A stretch of DNA of 63,847 nucleotides, the filler included, from Reticulomyxa filosa (lineage: Eukaryota; Protista; Foraminifera), in assembly GCA_000512085.1 (NCBI GenBank). It is 18 parts of 18 records of this genome, joined end to end, with 100 filler letters (N's around TTAATTAATTAA, not from the genome) between each part and the next. Parts side by side here need not be neighbours in the genome. Positions count along the whole stretch, not along the records: positions 26,141 to 28,027 come from ASPP01002346.1; positions 28,128 to 49,196 come from ASPP01020041.1; 16 more parts are not named here. One strand, 5' to 3'. The translations under genes were made by a program, and so were the position numbers. Shown one piece after another: positions 26,425 to 40,700 of this stretch (positions within the stretch are counted from its first letter, which is position 1; each line of letters begins with the position of its first letter). The notes beneath the pieces are model-generated. The model was not told where the DNA came from and did not search any database. It saw only the letters and a list, made by a program, of their open reading frames with translations.

Positions 26425-27592
26425 CCACCTCCTCCCCCCCCCCCTTTCAACACAATGCATGCAAAACTATTTTACTTATATCATTTGTCTTGTTCTCAAT
26501 AGCTAACTCAACTGCTTTTTAAAATGTCCAACAATATTGCTTCGATCAACTTCAATTCTTTATTCATTTATTTTTTTTTTTCCCATTTAAAAACAAACGG
26601 CCATCTCATTAAAGACTTGCTTTGCCCTGATCATATTTTTAATTTGCTATTGGCCAAATTGCCAGCTCAATCAGAACTTGGAATGACAGATAAATATTCG
26701 AAATTGTTTCGTTTTCTAATGTAATTTTAAAATGATATTATTTTACAACTTTTTCTATAATTGTATTTTATAAATTTCTATATTATCGTAAACATATATT
26801 GAATCCGAAAACAATTATTTATTCCTTTGTCATTTCATATGCTATCTTCAATTTTATTTTGTTTATGTAATATTAACAACATGTACAATCGAATATTTCA
26901 AAATTTAAAGGCTTTGCTGACTTCACTCTATCAGCATCAATGTGTGTCACACAAACATGAAAAACATAATAACTGAGTTATTCGTACGTTTGATTTTCGT
27001 AACAAGTTCTTTTTCTAAATAAAAAAATACATAATGTGATTTCAAAGGTAATGTTTTTTTTAACTTCGTTGTACTTCTTCACTTTTCAGACAATTTCAAA
27101 CATTAATTCCTTGCTATTTACGGAGCTATTAGTACATTTGTCAACTTACTACCACAAAACCGGTTTTGCTTTGTAATTTGCTTTTTTGACACGTTTTTAA
27201 AAAGGACAAGTTATATGCACATACTCTAAACACAACAAACCAAGTTTTGCTCTGTGTTTTATTCACAATAGGTATCTGAAGAAATCAAACCAAATTTTGT
27301 TTTGATTTTGGCAAAGAAGTTTTTGTTTTTTTACATCTCTATCGCGAAAGCGCATCTAACTTCAAAAAACTGTTATATCATTTTTAGAAAAGCTATGCAA
27401 TTGGGATACAACAAAGAAAATAAGATGAAATGCTTTGAGATTGGTTCTTTTTTTTATTTACATTTTCATAAGTTTTTTATACAATTGCAAATCGAATGGT
27501 TAATGAGAAAATGCTCAAAAACATATAATAATTAACAAACGGTAATTATTTCATTTCATTAATCAAATTTTTTTATTAGTAAAAACATGGCA

Positions 27593-28027
27593 TTATCCCC
27601 AAAAATGAATTGAACCATCTTTTGAACCATAACACAAATTAATACCACAACCACTATCACTATTGATTTTGCTGTTCTTTTTTAATTTTAGAAATTTAAG
27701 ACAAAATATTTCATTTTCTTTTTTGTTATCTCCATTAATCACATGCAATTCCTTCTTATTTGATCGAATATCCCAAAATCGAATTGTATTATCTTTTGAT
27801 CCAGAACATATTACATCCGAACAGCTACCAACTTCTGTGTTATGTACTGCAAATGGAGAATATTCAACAGCCCACACACTATTTTTATGCCCATCGAACA
27901 CTTGAATTTGTTTACCAGATCGAATATCCCACAAACGAACACTGTAATCATCTGATCCAGATAATATTATATTCAATAATTCGTTTGATCCATATTTTAC
28001 ACTCCTAATCCAAGCGTCATGTCCTTT
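27593..28027 (-). CDS. WD40-repeat protein (expanded family), C-terminal part
   Basis: SGSDDYSVRLWDIRSGKQIQVFDGH...ICSGSKDNTIRFWDIRSNKKEL...LCYGSKDGSIHFWG. Confidence 0.9.
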   Translation of the reverse strand, partial: KGHDAWIRSVKYGSNELLNIILSGSDDYSVRLWDIRSGKQIQVFDGHKNSVWAVEYSPFAVHNTEVGSCSDVICSGSKDNTIRFWDIRSNKKELHVINGDNKKENEIFCLKFLKLKKNSKINSDSGCGINLCYGSKDGSIHFWG

Positions 28028-28992
28028 NNNNNNNNNNNNNNNNNNNNNNNNNNNNNNNNNNNNNNNNNNNNTTAATTAATTAANNNNNNNNNNNNNNNNN
28101 NNNNNNNNNNNNNNNNNNNNNNNNNNNAAGTTATTTCCAAAATTATTTCCACTTCCAAGTTTCCAACTGGTATGTGTAATGCAATCTTAAATTTCTGTTA
28201 AGCTCTTTAACTTTTTTTGCCAAAGAAGTAGAGTGATATCTTTTCCGTTTATTTTCTTTTGATCACTAGAATTTTTTCTAAATTTTTCATTTAAATGATT
28301 GTAATGCTTGTATTCGTTTTCAAAAATATAATATGTAATATCTTTTCAACAATTTCTGCTAGTGTTTGATTGTTACAGTATTTATTGATACATATCATAA
28401 CTTACTGTTTTTTGTAATCGAAAATGAAGTATATACTACACGATAATGTTAATATATTTCTGTTCGTGAATCTAGTGATAGTTTTTGGTGTATTTGCATT
28501 AGATTTATTTTTGATTGTTTTCCAAATGAGAACACAATAATTGGAAATTGTTTTAATGTATAATTTACTTCTTTTTTGCGATTTGTAATAATGATTGTGT
28601 TTTCCATTAAAAATAACAATTGTTTTTCCAACAATTTCAAATTAGTAAAATTTTTAAAGAAATTTTTGAAACATTGAACAAAGCTCGGTTTTACCAGTGA
28701 ATTTTTGCCTTTATTTGGCAAAATAAGTTAAAAAAACAAAATTAAGTAAAAATTTTGCAGTTTTATTTTTAATACAACTTCTTTCATTGAATATCCATTA
28801 TAAAAATAGATTTTTTATAAATTTTTGGTATTTTTTTTCCATTGAAAATTTATGTTAAAGTAGCTATTTTGTGAAATATTATATTTATCAAATAAATAAA
28901 ATGAAATTAAAGTATCTGACAACATCGTCCTTAAATACTAAGAAACTGCTCTCGTTGGACAATAAACTTTTCCTCCCAGGTTGTCATTGCCA

Positions 28993-31757
28993 ATGTTGAG
29001 AAAAAGAAAATTGAAAGATGTCTTAACAAATGTGGAAAGTAAAAATGGCAAAGTGCCAGATGTATCAGATTTTATGAGAGAAGAATCGTCAAAGACAGCA
29101 CAGCAACCGTTGGCAAAAAGGCAACGAAAGAGCCAAGAAGAGACTGAAGAAGTTCACCAGAGCCCAGGTTTAGTATGTGTCAATAAATTGCAAAACACGT
29201 TGGATCCCCCTTTGAAAAAAAGAGTATCCTTGATTGTTTGAGGTTAGCTAATTTCTATGGCTTGAAGATTGGTCCTTTTGCATTAACCGCCAACGAGTTC
29301 TATTTGCGATCTTTTTTGGCGAATATGCGCATATATCCTTGTCATTGCAGTATCCTTTAGTTTAGTGTTTACACAACACTTTTTTCATAAAACAACAAAC
29401 AAAAAAGATATTTTTATCACAAAAGTCGACTTTCACTCCCCCTTTTTTTTTTTAATTAAAAAAGTAATAGAGCAAGTGAAGACATACATTTTTTGATTGG
29501 TTTGAAAACTTGGGAGGAAGTAAAGTTGGCAAGTAAATATTTGCAGTCACAAAAACAGCAATGGGCGACAAAGGAGACACAAAACAAGATAAACGTAACA
29601 GTGCTATCAAGTGACAAGATCCGAAATGCACTGCACACCGAATGGCAGGTGAATAAGAAAGAGTCCTTTGAACCGACAAGTTATCTGAAAATCTCAGGAC
29701 TAAAGTCATACGATCCAAAGCAACAAGGCAAAAGTGGTACAGATAGCAAAAAGAATTGGAATGAAGCAATGAGTTTGGAAATAAAGAATTTTGTGTGGCA
29801 ACACTTTAAAGACAATCTCACAGCAATCGATGATATCGAACAAGTGACATTGTTTCCAAACATTTTGAAGCCGCAAATCCACGGCTATGCCTATGTGAAA
29901 TTGAAGACGCCGCAAATGGCCATGGACATTGCCAAGGAGTTTGAGCGGCAATTTCATGCCCGTTATCACGTGAACGAAAAGATGTATCGCAATTGCTTGC
30001 AGGAATGGACAAAACAACAACACCAAATCGAACAGATTGCCGACGTAATCCGACAGCACATACCCTTAACACAGTCTAAATCTGTCGTCGACGACGCCAA
30101 ATCAAGTTTAGCTGCCAAAAAAAAAGGCTGCTCAAGATCAGTCTGCCTTTTGGAACAAAAAATTGGCACATTCCAAACAACGGATTGTTCAACTTCAAAA
30201 TGCACCCATCCCGTGGCCCCCTTCCATCGACTCAGCACTTTTTCTTGTCAATCCCTTTGACAATGCTTTTTGGGTTCAGTTCACTTTTGTGTCCTTTATT
30301 ACTTCAAAAAAAAGTGAGGCAATCTTTTTTTTTTTTTTGTCTTGTTTTTTTGTTTTTTTTTTGGAATTAGTTGGATCAGGCATCTGCTAATGAAATTCCT
30401 GAGTTGACACACCTTTTGAAATACTCGTGTCGACCACTTTTGAATGAGTGTACGAAAGAAATGGAAAACAGTGATCCACTTCGACGGCTTGGTCAAAAAA
30501 CGGGCTCAAACACCGCTTGCTCTTGCTATCATTACATTTTTATTGCAAATGTTCCCTGGTTTTTAGGAAAACAAACGCTGCGCCGCATACTGTTGGAACA
30601 GGAATGCCACTCTGCAAACGCACAACCGTGCGTTCCTATCTTGCATGCTCGAGTATCTGCTTCTTCCACTGGATTCCCTAAAGGGTATGATATCATATGC
30701 ATATTTGATAACATATGTTTATAGAATTATATTATATTGAATGCTATATGTATGCGTATGTATATTGCATATGCTGGAAATAAAATAATCAGATGTGGTA
30801 TGGTTGTTGTTGGATCTAAATCGGGGGCGGATGCACTGTGCAAGCAACTGAACACTATTCCTGTTGATCAAGCTTTGTTGCAGGTACAGTATGCATATGT
30901 GTAGAAGAAATGGGGATGAGTGGGAGAGAAAGAGAAAAAGAAGAGAAAAAAAAAAAAAAAAGAAACAAGATCAATGACATACAACAATTGTTTTGAAGGC
31001 AGTTGTAGTGGACGATGTCACATTGAACGAGAAAGAAAAGTTGTCTCTTGGCTCGTGTAATTCACATGCCACCGACAAAAAATCCAATGATGATCCTCAG
31101 GTTGGGAATGAAAAGATTGGAGACAAGGAGCTACAAAATTGGCTTACCATTCACGGTATATTGATAGCCGATGACGATGGCAATTTGTCCAATCTCAAGT
31201 TTGTTATCTCCTTTTGCTTATACAAATACACATAATAAATATATACATTTATGTGTATAATATGTGTTTATTATATGGTGCGAATGTCACATAGACAAAA
31301 CAAGAACGCTACAGCCGGCGCAAAAACAAAATCAACACAAGCTCTTGGCAAAGAAACTAAAAAGAGCACACAAAAAAAAGTAATAAATGAAATCCTACAA
31401 ACATTAGGAGAAAAAGTTGAAAGTAAAGAGGATGACGAAGAAGATGATGTTGAAGATGATGCTGATACAGAAACTGATTCAGGCTCAGCTTCTCGTTCAG
31501 ATTCAGATGAAAAATCTGAGAAGGGTTCGAATAATGACGATGACAGTGATGGATCTGAAATTGTGATACGTAAAGTACGTTCACGAGATGATCCACCCCT
31601 CATGGTCATTCGAGGAGGTACGTTAAGATATTCTAGAGGAAGAGGAAGTCGATACCAAAAAAATCAAGGAAGAAATCAAGGACAAAAAAAAGCTGTGGGT
31701 AAAGGCAATCGTGGACGAGGAAGAGGCAGAGGAGCTAAACACAGAAAGTCCAAGTAA
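28993..31757 (+). CDS. RRM-domain RNA-binding protein with an acidic region and an RG-rich C-terminus, multi-exon
   Basis: RNP motifs LKISGL/HGYAYVKL and IFIANV/KGCGMVVV. Tail GNRGRGRGRGAKHRKSK. Frameshift at the A9 run 30117-30125. Confidence 0.75.
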
Positions 31758-32394
31758 TAAACTATGAGTTTTTAATGTTAAATTGTTTAATTATTTTGCA
31801 TTAATTTTTCAGTTTGAAATTTATAAAAAGGGATTTTTAAAGATTAATAGAAAATCTTCTTTTAATGGAATTAATGGATGATTGCATAATTCTGATGGTC
31901 TTTTTTCGTCGATCTATTTCTTTTTTTGCTCTGATCGTTCAGAAAAGGGACATAATAATATTTTTTATAATACGGCGAATATCAGAAAATAAGTTCGATT
32001 ATTGTTCATCAAAATAAGCGAAGTTTTTGTTAAAGGTTGTACCCCTTTAAAATTTTTGTTGTGAATAGTTGCTTAATTTGTACCTCTAGACCAAAAACTT
32101 TACCAATGATATTAGAATGTCGTGCTATCGATTATTATTTTGATTGTCCATTTGATGAAGAAATATTTTTTCACATTGTTACACTTAATATTCTGAAGCA
32201 TTCAAAAGAGATATTTGTTGATATTTTGGCTGTGTGAATCATCACAAAAAGAATTAAAGCTAACTTGAAATTTTGAATTGCTTGAAATAAGGAAAAAATT
32301 GCTACATTTATTTATTAATTTTGATATTTTGCTTAATCAAAGAATATTAACGTTGATCATAAAATGACAACACAAACGGTCAAAGATTGTCGTT

Positions 32395-34353
32395 TTAAGT
32401 TTCTAGTGATATTTGTTTGATCATTAAACTGTTAACTTTTTGCGTCAACAAGATAGTATCCTGCAACAAGGACTCAAATTCGCTGTTCTTTTTTTCTTGT
32501 GAGAGGTTTTTTTCCATTAACTCAATTTCAGTTTTTAAATTTTCTTGTTTAGTAATAAGCTCTTTTAAATTATTTTGATAGTAAGAATTGCTATTCAATT
32601 GGTTAAAAGTTTCATCTAACTCTTGTTTTTGCTGTGCTAGCTGTTTTTGTAGCGTTTCTTTGTTGTTTGTGGAGGTCATTTTTTTGCTTGAACTTTTCAA
32701 TTTTCGCACTTTTGAATTCCAATTCTATTAAATCTTTATTGGCCATCTTTTCGTTCATGTGTTTAAGTTCCTCTTTATATGTTACAGTTAATTCTTCCCA
32801 CTTTTGCATTTCAGCAGGAATCTTCGTATCTAAAGACTTTAATTTTTGCAGCTCTGCCTCAGACTTGGCCAATTCATTTTGGACGTGTTTAAGAGTGAGC
32901 CCGCTTTCTTCCTTTTGTTTTTCTTTACAAGCTAACTCTCCCTCTCCTGTCCCATTAGGTTCTGTGGAAATGTCAACGTCTTGTTTTTGTAATTCATAGA
33001 CGCTCATATGTTGCAATAATTGGGTAATTTCTGTTTCAACAGCTGTTTTTTTTGCAAGCAAACTTTCCACTGTTTTTTCATAATTGTCAATAAACTGTGT
33101 CATTTTGTTATCTCTTTCAAACAATAATTCATATTTTTCTTGATTTTTTGCGAATGATTTCATAACATTTAAATCTTTTCTTTTTGTTCCAAAAGATTTT
33201 GCAGCTCAGTCAACTCGGTTTCCTTTTTTTCAATTGCTGCAGTCATCTCTTTTTCAAAATATTGTCTGTTTTATTTTATCCAATATATTAGATTTAATTA
33301 AATCCATATTTTTGGGGTCACTTCCAATTGCAATTTCGGTCTGATTTTCGTTTTTTTTACTTTTAATTCATTCAACTGTTTCTTCAGTTCCATGAAGTCA
33401 AAATAATTTGCGACATGCTTGTCCCCACTTTCACCCATTTTTTTTTTAAGCTCTCGATACTGTGTTTTGACATCATTTAGCTCCATTTGTGTTTGTAAGC
33501 TTGACAAACGAATAGCTTTGGATCTTTCGACCAACATGGAAAATTCGTCCTTCATGTGTGGAAACAGCTGCAGAATCTTTTCAATCTGTCCATACATGGT
33601 GTCAATCTCTGTTTCCAAGTTTTTAATATTTTTATCAATTTGCTTATTTTCCAAAAATAAAGCGTCCAAAGTTTGTTTTTCTTGCTTGTTTTTAATTGTC
33701 ATTTCTTGTGCAATGGTTTTCAGCTCTTGCACATCTACATTGGATCTCATTTTATCCAATGACAAATTGAAATCTGCTAGCTGTCCTTCCAATTGTCGAA
33801 TTGACTTCATTTGTTCTGCTTTTTTTTCTTCACATTTCTTTTTTTCATTTTGCTCCAATTGCGCATTTTTTATTTCTCCTGTCATTCTTTGTATCTCTTG
33901 CACTATCCCTGCTAATTTTTTTTTCATCTCATTCTCGTAATAGCTTTTATCAGCCACTCGTCTTTTCTCGGCATTGTCGAGCGTTTTTGTTTGGATTCCA
34001 GTCATTCCGTGTTGGGTCACCGGCTGATTTGTTATTTCTACTGTGGTTTCCAATCCAACTTTGCTTCCATCTTCTACAATATTTTGTTGTTCTCTATTTA
34101 ATTCTGGTCTTGTTTTTTCTATGATTTTTGTGAACAAAGCAAACGAAATTTAAACTTGAGGGTTCTCCATTGCTCGTATCTAGACGTCGAAACCCTGTTT
34201 GTGGACGGAGTGCTGTTGCTGGTCGGTATCCTGATATCGGCTATAATTGTAGGGCACTGTTTTTTTCATTTTTTTCCGTCAGTTGTATTAATTAAAGTTA
34301 TTTACCCTATATGCGGATCCAGGTCTTCTTGAACTTGGAGGACGGTAAGACAT
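32395..34353 (-). CDS. IFT74: Intraflagellar transport protein 74/72 (several apparent A-run frameshifts)
   Basis: Basic N-terminus MSYRPPSSRRPGS..RPATALRPQTG, then VGLETTVEITNQPVTQHGMTG..RRVADKSYY, QLEGQLADFNLSLDK, KYELLFERDNKMTQFIDNYE, and a long coiled coil. Confidence 0.88.
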
Positions 34354-34785
34354 TTGTCCTTTGGAGTCTGAAAAATTATGCAATTCTTTGTCTGGATCAA
34401 ATAATAGTTTTGTGATTAGATAACTACGTCATTGCTGTCATATTAAACAAATATTTTTTTAAAAAAGTAATAATACCAAAGTTTGCAGTTTTAACAACCA
34501 AATATTGGACGATGTTTTGACTTTTCAAAGTAATTTTTCTTTTCAAGTTGCGATGTAAGAGGAAAGACTTAACGATAGCCCATCCAAGGAAAAACAATTT
34601 TTTTTCTTTTTTTTTTCAACTAAACACTTTTTACAAGCAAAAGATTAACAACAAAACAAAAAAGAGCTGGCTTAGAATGCAGTTTGCACACTGTTACTTA
34701 CTAAACAAGTGAAGAAACGAAAATTTTGTAAGACCCTTTTTTTTTCCCAATTTGAACAAAATTTATATTTAAGGAAATATGGAAA

Positions 34786-37700
34786 TTATTCTTCTTGTGG
34801 TCCTGTGCTGGGTGTGGGTGTAGCTGTTTGTGTGGGTGATTGAACAGAAGTATTGACCGCTTTTCCTCGTCCACTTTTGAAAGCATTTCCCATGCTTGAC
34901 AACCGACTAATGCCTCTGCCATGTCCAAACGTTTGTACAACATCAGGATGAGCGTTATCGTATCTATACATACGTGTATATGTGTATATATTTTTAAATA
35001 TTTCCAAGTTGTTCAGCAATTTGCCCAGTTAAGATTGTTAAGTAAGAAAATCACATAACTTCTCAACAACGGCAGATAAGTCCACCTTTTTCACAAATTC
35101 CATGATTTCAGGAACCCGGAGACTAAGACGTTGTGCCCAAGACATAACCTGAAGCATGAACAATTCGGTTCCGTTTGCACGAGTTTGAGAGGAGTTGATT
35201 AACAATTGGGTCATCTTTTGCACCCAAATTTGCCAAGTTTTATCAAAGAACTTATCTTTTTGTTGCAACAGCCTTTCCATCAGCAACAACCATGGCATAA
35301 AATCGTTTCGTTGCGTATTGAATTCTTCACGTAGACATTTGAAGCACCAATCCAACACATAGTCCGCGAACTGAGCGTTGTTATAGCACCAATACAACAG
35401 TATATTACACACGCTATTTTCATGTGGACAGTCTCCATATTCGCCACTGCGATCACTGAACAAGCGTCCCAACAGTGCAGCTTTCATCAGTTTGCGAGGA
35501 TACAAGGAAAGCGGCTTTCGGTTGTATATTTCTTCCAGATCTGGAGGCAAAGGCACATTGCGATGCTCCTTTTGGAATTGCTGCAATCGCTTTTCTTCCT
35601 CTTGGTATTTGTCAAACTCCTCCGCACTTGGAAGCGGGTCGACTGCACGTGGGATCGTCCACAATGGCGGGTCTTCCAATGGATAGTTTGGATCGAATCC
35701 GCCCCACAATGCACTACGATCTTGCTCGTCCAGCACTGATGCAGACAAAGAGTACACATATATGTGTATATATATATATTTTTTTTTTTTTGGTAACAAA
35801 TGAAACAGTTTAGTTTTTCCAAAACTGATAGGAAGAGTATTTTTATCGATGGTATTCGGAGGACGATCGAATGTAGAGATAATCTCAATCTCTTTTTCTG
35901 TGAAGTCAAATTCGGAAGACACATTTAAGTTAGGAGTTGACTGTTCTTTTACTTCGTTTTCTTGGTACTTTGCTTCTTCGTCGATGAGTGGATTTGATTG
36001 TTTCAATTTGTCGTCTTCCTTCTGTGCTGTATCTGATGGTGGTGTGGCCGCAGTAGTAGTAGTAGCAGTAGCAGTAGTAGCTGCTGTAGAAGCAAGAGCA
36101 GTTGACGTCGGCGCAGATGATTCTTGGTTGGATGCAGGTACTTCGATTGGCTCTTTGTCTTGCTTGTTAGGTTCGGTCGTGGTATTTGTTGCGGGCGTCT
36201 GATCTGTAGGTGCGACTACGATAAGTGGTGGTAGATCAGGAGTCTCTTGCTGTGGTTTGCCATTTGCGTCCTGGGCATTGACTGCAGAATTGGGTTGGAA
36301 TTCGGATTGAGATTGAGGCTGGGGTTGTGTGGTTGCAACTGGATCGATTGTGATGGCCGTAGTAGACACTGTCGGCTTCAGAGTCACGCTGTTTTTCTTC
36401 GATGGTGCTTGTTGACTGGTGGCGTCTTGGAATTTGGCCAACTTATTTAAATCGGTTTGCAATGGGAATGTCGGAGTAGTGCACGAGCGGATGAGAATGG
36501 ACAGCAGATCGATTAGCTCGGACGTCCTTGGAGGGAGTATACGTTTGTATTGCTTCTTTCCACTATTATCCTTGCCTGCTACGCTGCGATTGAAATGCAA
36601 ATGGAACCAGTCATTTAAATAAAAGCCAATGATAGCTCGAATGGTGCCAATGCCTACCAGCAGCTGTCGTTCCTCGCGTCCGAGCAAGGCAATGCCTTTC
36701 AGCAATACGAAGAAGCTTTGATATTTTTGATGATATTCCGTGGTCATAGCCAAAAAGCGCACCATTTTGGTGATGAAGCGAGCACAGCAAAATTGGTCCG
36801 CATTCAAAATCTCTGCAGATGAAATGGTCGTTCCAGACGACGAGGACGCATTCTCCACATCGGGCCATTCCAAAATACTCTCCTTATAACTGTCATCGCC
36901 ATCGGAGCTGGTATCAACGGCAGCCTCTTCGGCCTTTACTTTCTCCACAAACTCGACGTAATTGTGCTTTTCATACTGTCGTTGGATCAGCAATACTCCG
37001 ACGATCAAGTCGGCAAAAGCCAAGCGTATGGACTCATGCGTACAGCGGAATATGATATTCACAAACCATTGGGGCTGCGTGCACACCTTGTACAGCAGCC
37101 AACGTCTGCCCGGCTGAGAGATGACAAACAATTGGTACAACTGTCTCATCCACGTCGGATACGAGGTGTTGTCTTTGCTTCGCACTAAAATCTCAAACAC
37201 ATACGACGTGGCGATTTGAATCGTTCGCAACAGGTCATCGGATGAGGGCGGGTTTTCGTCGCTTCTTTGTGTCGGCACCAGCGAAAATTCGTGGGCACTT
37301 TCTTTGTTTTGTCCAGGGTCAACGTGTCTTTGCAACGTGGTTTGCACAATATTCCATACAAAAGTGAGGTAATCAAAATCAAACACATTGCGATTCGTGA
37401 AGAACTCCAAATCGTCCTTCCAAATATTTTTTTCTACAGGCTCTGCAATTTGAAAGTTTATGTTCTTGTCTTGTCCGAGCTTCTTGTTGCCCTTGTGTCC
37501 GTTCACGTTCAACAAGGCCAAATCACCGTTTGTCATGCTATCGCTGCTATCATGGTACGCCGTTGTCACTGTCGCTGCTGTTGCCATTGCATGTGTCTCC
37601 GCATTCGGTTTGCTGTCGTCAAACTTGCGTCGGTACACTAACATGTACGCATTGTATGGTTTCTCCGCCTCTTTTTGGATTTTGTGCTCTGGGTTTTGTG

Positions 37701-40700
37701 GATCCTCAACCGTCACTACATGCGTTCCTCCGTATGTTTCTGCATCAATACTAATTTGTGTGTAATACGATTATGATACACATAAATTCTTATATACACA
37801 TATATAAACATAAAGTCTATCTCTTTCTTCATTGCTCTTTTAACTCTTTGGTATCAAATGGCAACACTTCCATGTCGTTGAATTCCCACCATTTGCCATC
37901 CGACGACTGGCCATAGGAATAGTAATGTCCACTATTGGCACTGCCGGTGTGCACCAATATACCTACCAATTGGTACTCATAATATTCTGGAGGATGCAAT
38001 GAGGTGAAAGTGTATTGACGTTGGTGTTGTGTCGGTTCGGGAATTTGGTCATTGCCATTGCCATTTCCATTGATTGTGGTGCTTGTTGTGGTCGCTGTTG
38101 CAGTGATATCATTACTGTCAAGATCAGCAGGCATATCATCTTTGGTTTCCATTTCATTCGCATCTTCGGTCGCAATTTCCTCCGGATATTTGGACTCTTT
38201 CTCTTGTCTTTCAATTTCTTCTTTATGTGCCAATCCTTCAGCAGTATATTTTTCCATGTTCAATTCCATTGGAAATTCAAATCTCGAGTTCAACTTGAAT
38301 CTCGCCATCGAATTGAAATCAAATTCAAAGCGCGACAAGTGCAATAACAAGTATTTGGGTAGAGTTTTGAAACATACCCGTCTCAATGCCAATATCTTTT
38401 CATTGCACTGACTGCAGAAATATTTGTTCTCTCCGTCCAACAAATCGCCTTGCACGTATAAATCTAACGATTCCCGCAGATTTGCTTTGTTTTTCACAGT
38501 CAAAGATGCCGTCAAGAATTTCTCTTCGCGCTCACTGCCATGCGTGCATTTATCGTCTTTTGAAATCATTTGATTGACCAAATATCCACCAAAACTATCT
38601 TTAATTGCATCTTTGTGGTCCGTTTTATTCAAGTCGTGTTCCAATTGATCGAACAGTCGATTGCAAAATTCATTGACATCTTGCTGTTCTCCCAAAGGCA
38701 TGGGGTTTCCATCGTAGCCCTTGAATGCCATACACAAGGGCATAGTATCATAAAACTTCTTTTGACTAATACTCAAATGCCCAAACAGCAATTGCATTTG
38801 ATACAATAAGCTATCTTTCGGAAGGATTCCGTGCTTAATTAACTCGACTGATTCTTCATCCAAATCTTCCTGTTTCTGGTCCCCTGAACGCTGCAAGTTC
38901 CCCCCCCCCGTCCACGTATACATACAAAACATATTTGCTATTTGTTTTTTTTTAAAAAAAAAAACAAAAAACAAACAGTATACGTATTTGTATAAAATGT
39001 TAAACTATCAAACGTGCTTCCAAAATATCCTTTGTGAAATTTTCATTGATAAACAACTGCTGCAACAATGAATTCATATAACATGTGGCACCTGGTTTTT
39101 CAAGCCGACGTACCGAATTGGAAATCTCTCTTCGTCAGTGGGATGATATTTCCATGTTGCTTCTTTCAAGTCTCGTGGACGGACATGGAACCAAATGGGA
39201 TCGGAATAAATCAACTTTTGCAACGACATCAGTGTGTCTGGATAAAATGTGGTCAACGAATGCAACAGCGCAAATGCCATTTGTCTGGATTTCACAGCTT
39301 TGCACTTGCTTCCGGGGTTGTTGTGCTGCGGTACATTGAACAAGCAGTCGGCATAGACATATTGGATTAACTCACCTACTGTCGCACTATCTTTGAACAG
39401 GCGATGTGCACTGCACAAACGCAGCAATTTCAGCGTACCGACCAAATATTCATCGGCTTTTTCCGGATCTGTATTGTCTTCCGTCGACACGTATTTTTGC
39501 AACACCTTCACAAACTCCTCGGCGTTGCCTTTCACCTGCGCGGAGACAGCTGTGTCCGCGTCTTTGTACGTGCGACAAACATGGTCAAACACATGTAAAA
39601 ACAATTGAAAGAATTCATCACTTTCTGGTTGTTGAGCATTGCTCATTTTATACACTCGCACCAATTCATTCATCAATCGAATTGATATCGCAACATTCCG
39701 TTTTTTTTTTTTTTTTTTTTTGTAACAAACAAAAAAAATCTGTTTGTTTCATCATAGAGTAATAACAATGTGTGCGTGTGTGTATGTAAGAAGATCATAT
39801 ATGTACAATATATGTGTATATATTATATGAATGTAATGTACTAACGTCAGCCAATGGAACACGTGATAACATTTGCAACGCCTTGCACATTTGTTCTTTA
39901 GTATTTGGATAGTGGTGGTTGAATAGAAGCTTTGTTAACCACTTTTGCAAATCTTTGGTTTTGAATAAAGTGTCGGCATAGGAAGGGAAGGTGCGAATAC
40001 ACCCAACCAAAATGAACATTGATTCCACCAAAATGTTTGCCCCGGCTGGCCCCATATCGTGTTGATTTACATTGAGGATGCTGACAGCGCGATTGACACG
40101 CAACTCCAACTGCCGCAATGGATTGGGCTCTTTGCCATTGGACTCGACCGGCCGTTTCGAGATCGTTTTGTCTGCTTTTTTTTGGTCATCCAATAGGTCG
40201 TGTCCAAGCGCGGATTTGTTTTTCGCAGCTTCACTGCCGGTACTTGGCAAAAGCAGTGTGTTGCCAAGAGCGGAAGAGCGCATTGGTGGATCGCCAATTT
40301 TCACCTCTGGTTCATGTTCGTTGTCATCATCATTGTCATGTGCACTTGGTGTCTTATCACACAAACAAACAAATTAGATTTTTTTTTTAAAAAAAAAAAT
40401 AGTTTCAATTGATATACAAAAATAAAACATAAAAACTTCTGGTTTGATATCATCTGGAGGTATATCTGCCCACTGCAAGATGACATCAGACACTTGCAAA
40501 GTCTTTTTCACCAATTTGTCTTTGTTGTCATTCCATTGTTTGGTTTTGAGGATGCTTCCTTCTGCCAATTTTTTGTCATTGTGTGGAATGACGGATTGGA
40601 ACATTGGCTCCATCGACAATAGCATGCTAATGATTTGAATGCAAAAGGCCAAGCACGAAGCTTTGATCTTACGTCCGACATCAGCTGTGCTGTTATTTGG

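Noticed and set aside
28128-28610. Possible NACHT NTPase remnant (KILVI...NGK, KFKIALHIPV)
   Set aside because: The Walker A motif is not intact and the frames are broken. Suggestive only; needs frameshift-aware alignment.
33419-33940. Long antisense ORFs (also 47950-48381, 53783-54304, 5987-6469)
   Set aside because: Shadow frames of real genes on the opposite strand with biased codon use.
35038-37716. 892-aa ORF as an independent intronless gene
   Set aside because: It is the C-terminal part of the USP gene and reads through an in-frame intron (KKKKYIYIHIYVY).
39690-39845. Apparent non-canonical acceptor (A21-CGG) in a USP intron
   Set aside because: Canonical in-frame AG alternatives exist both upstream (39740) and downstream, so a non-AG site is not required.
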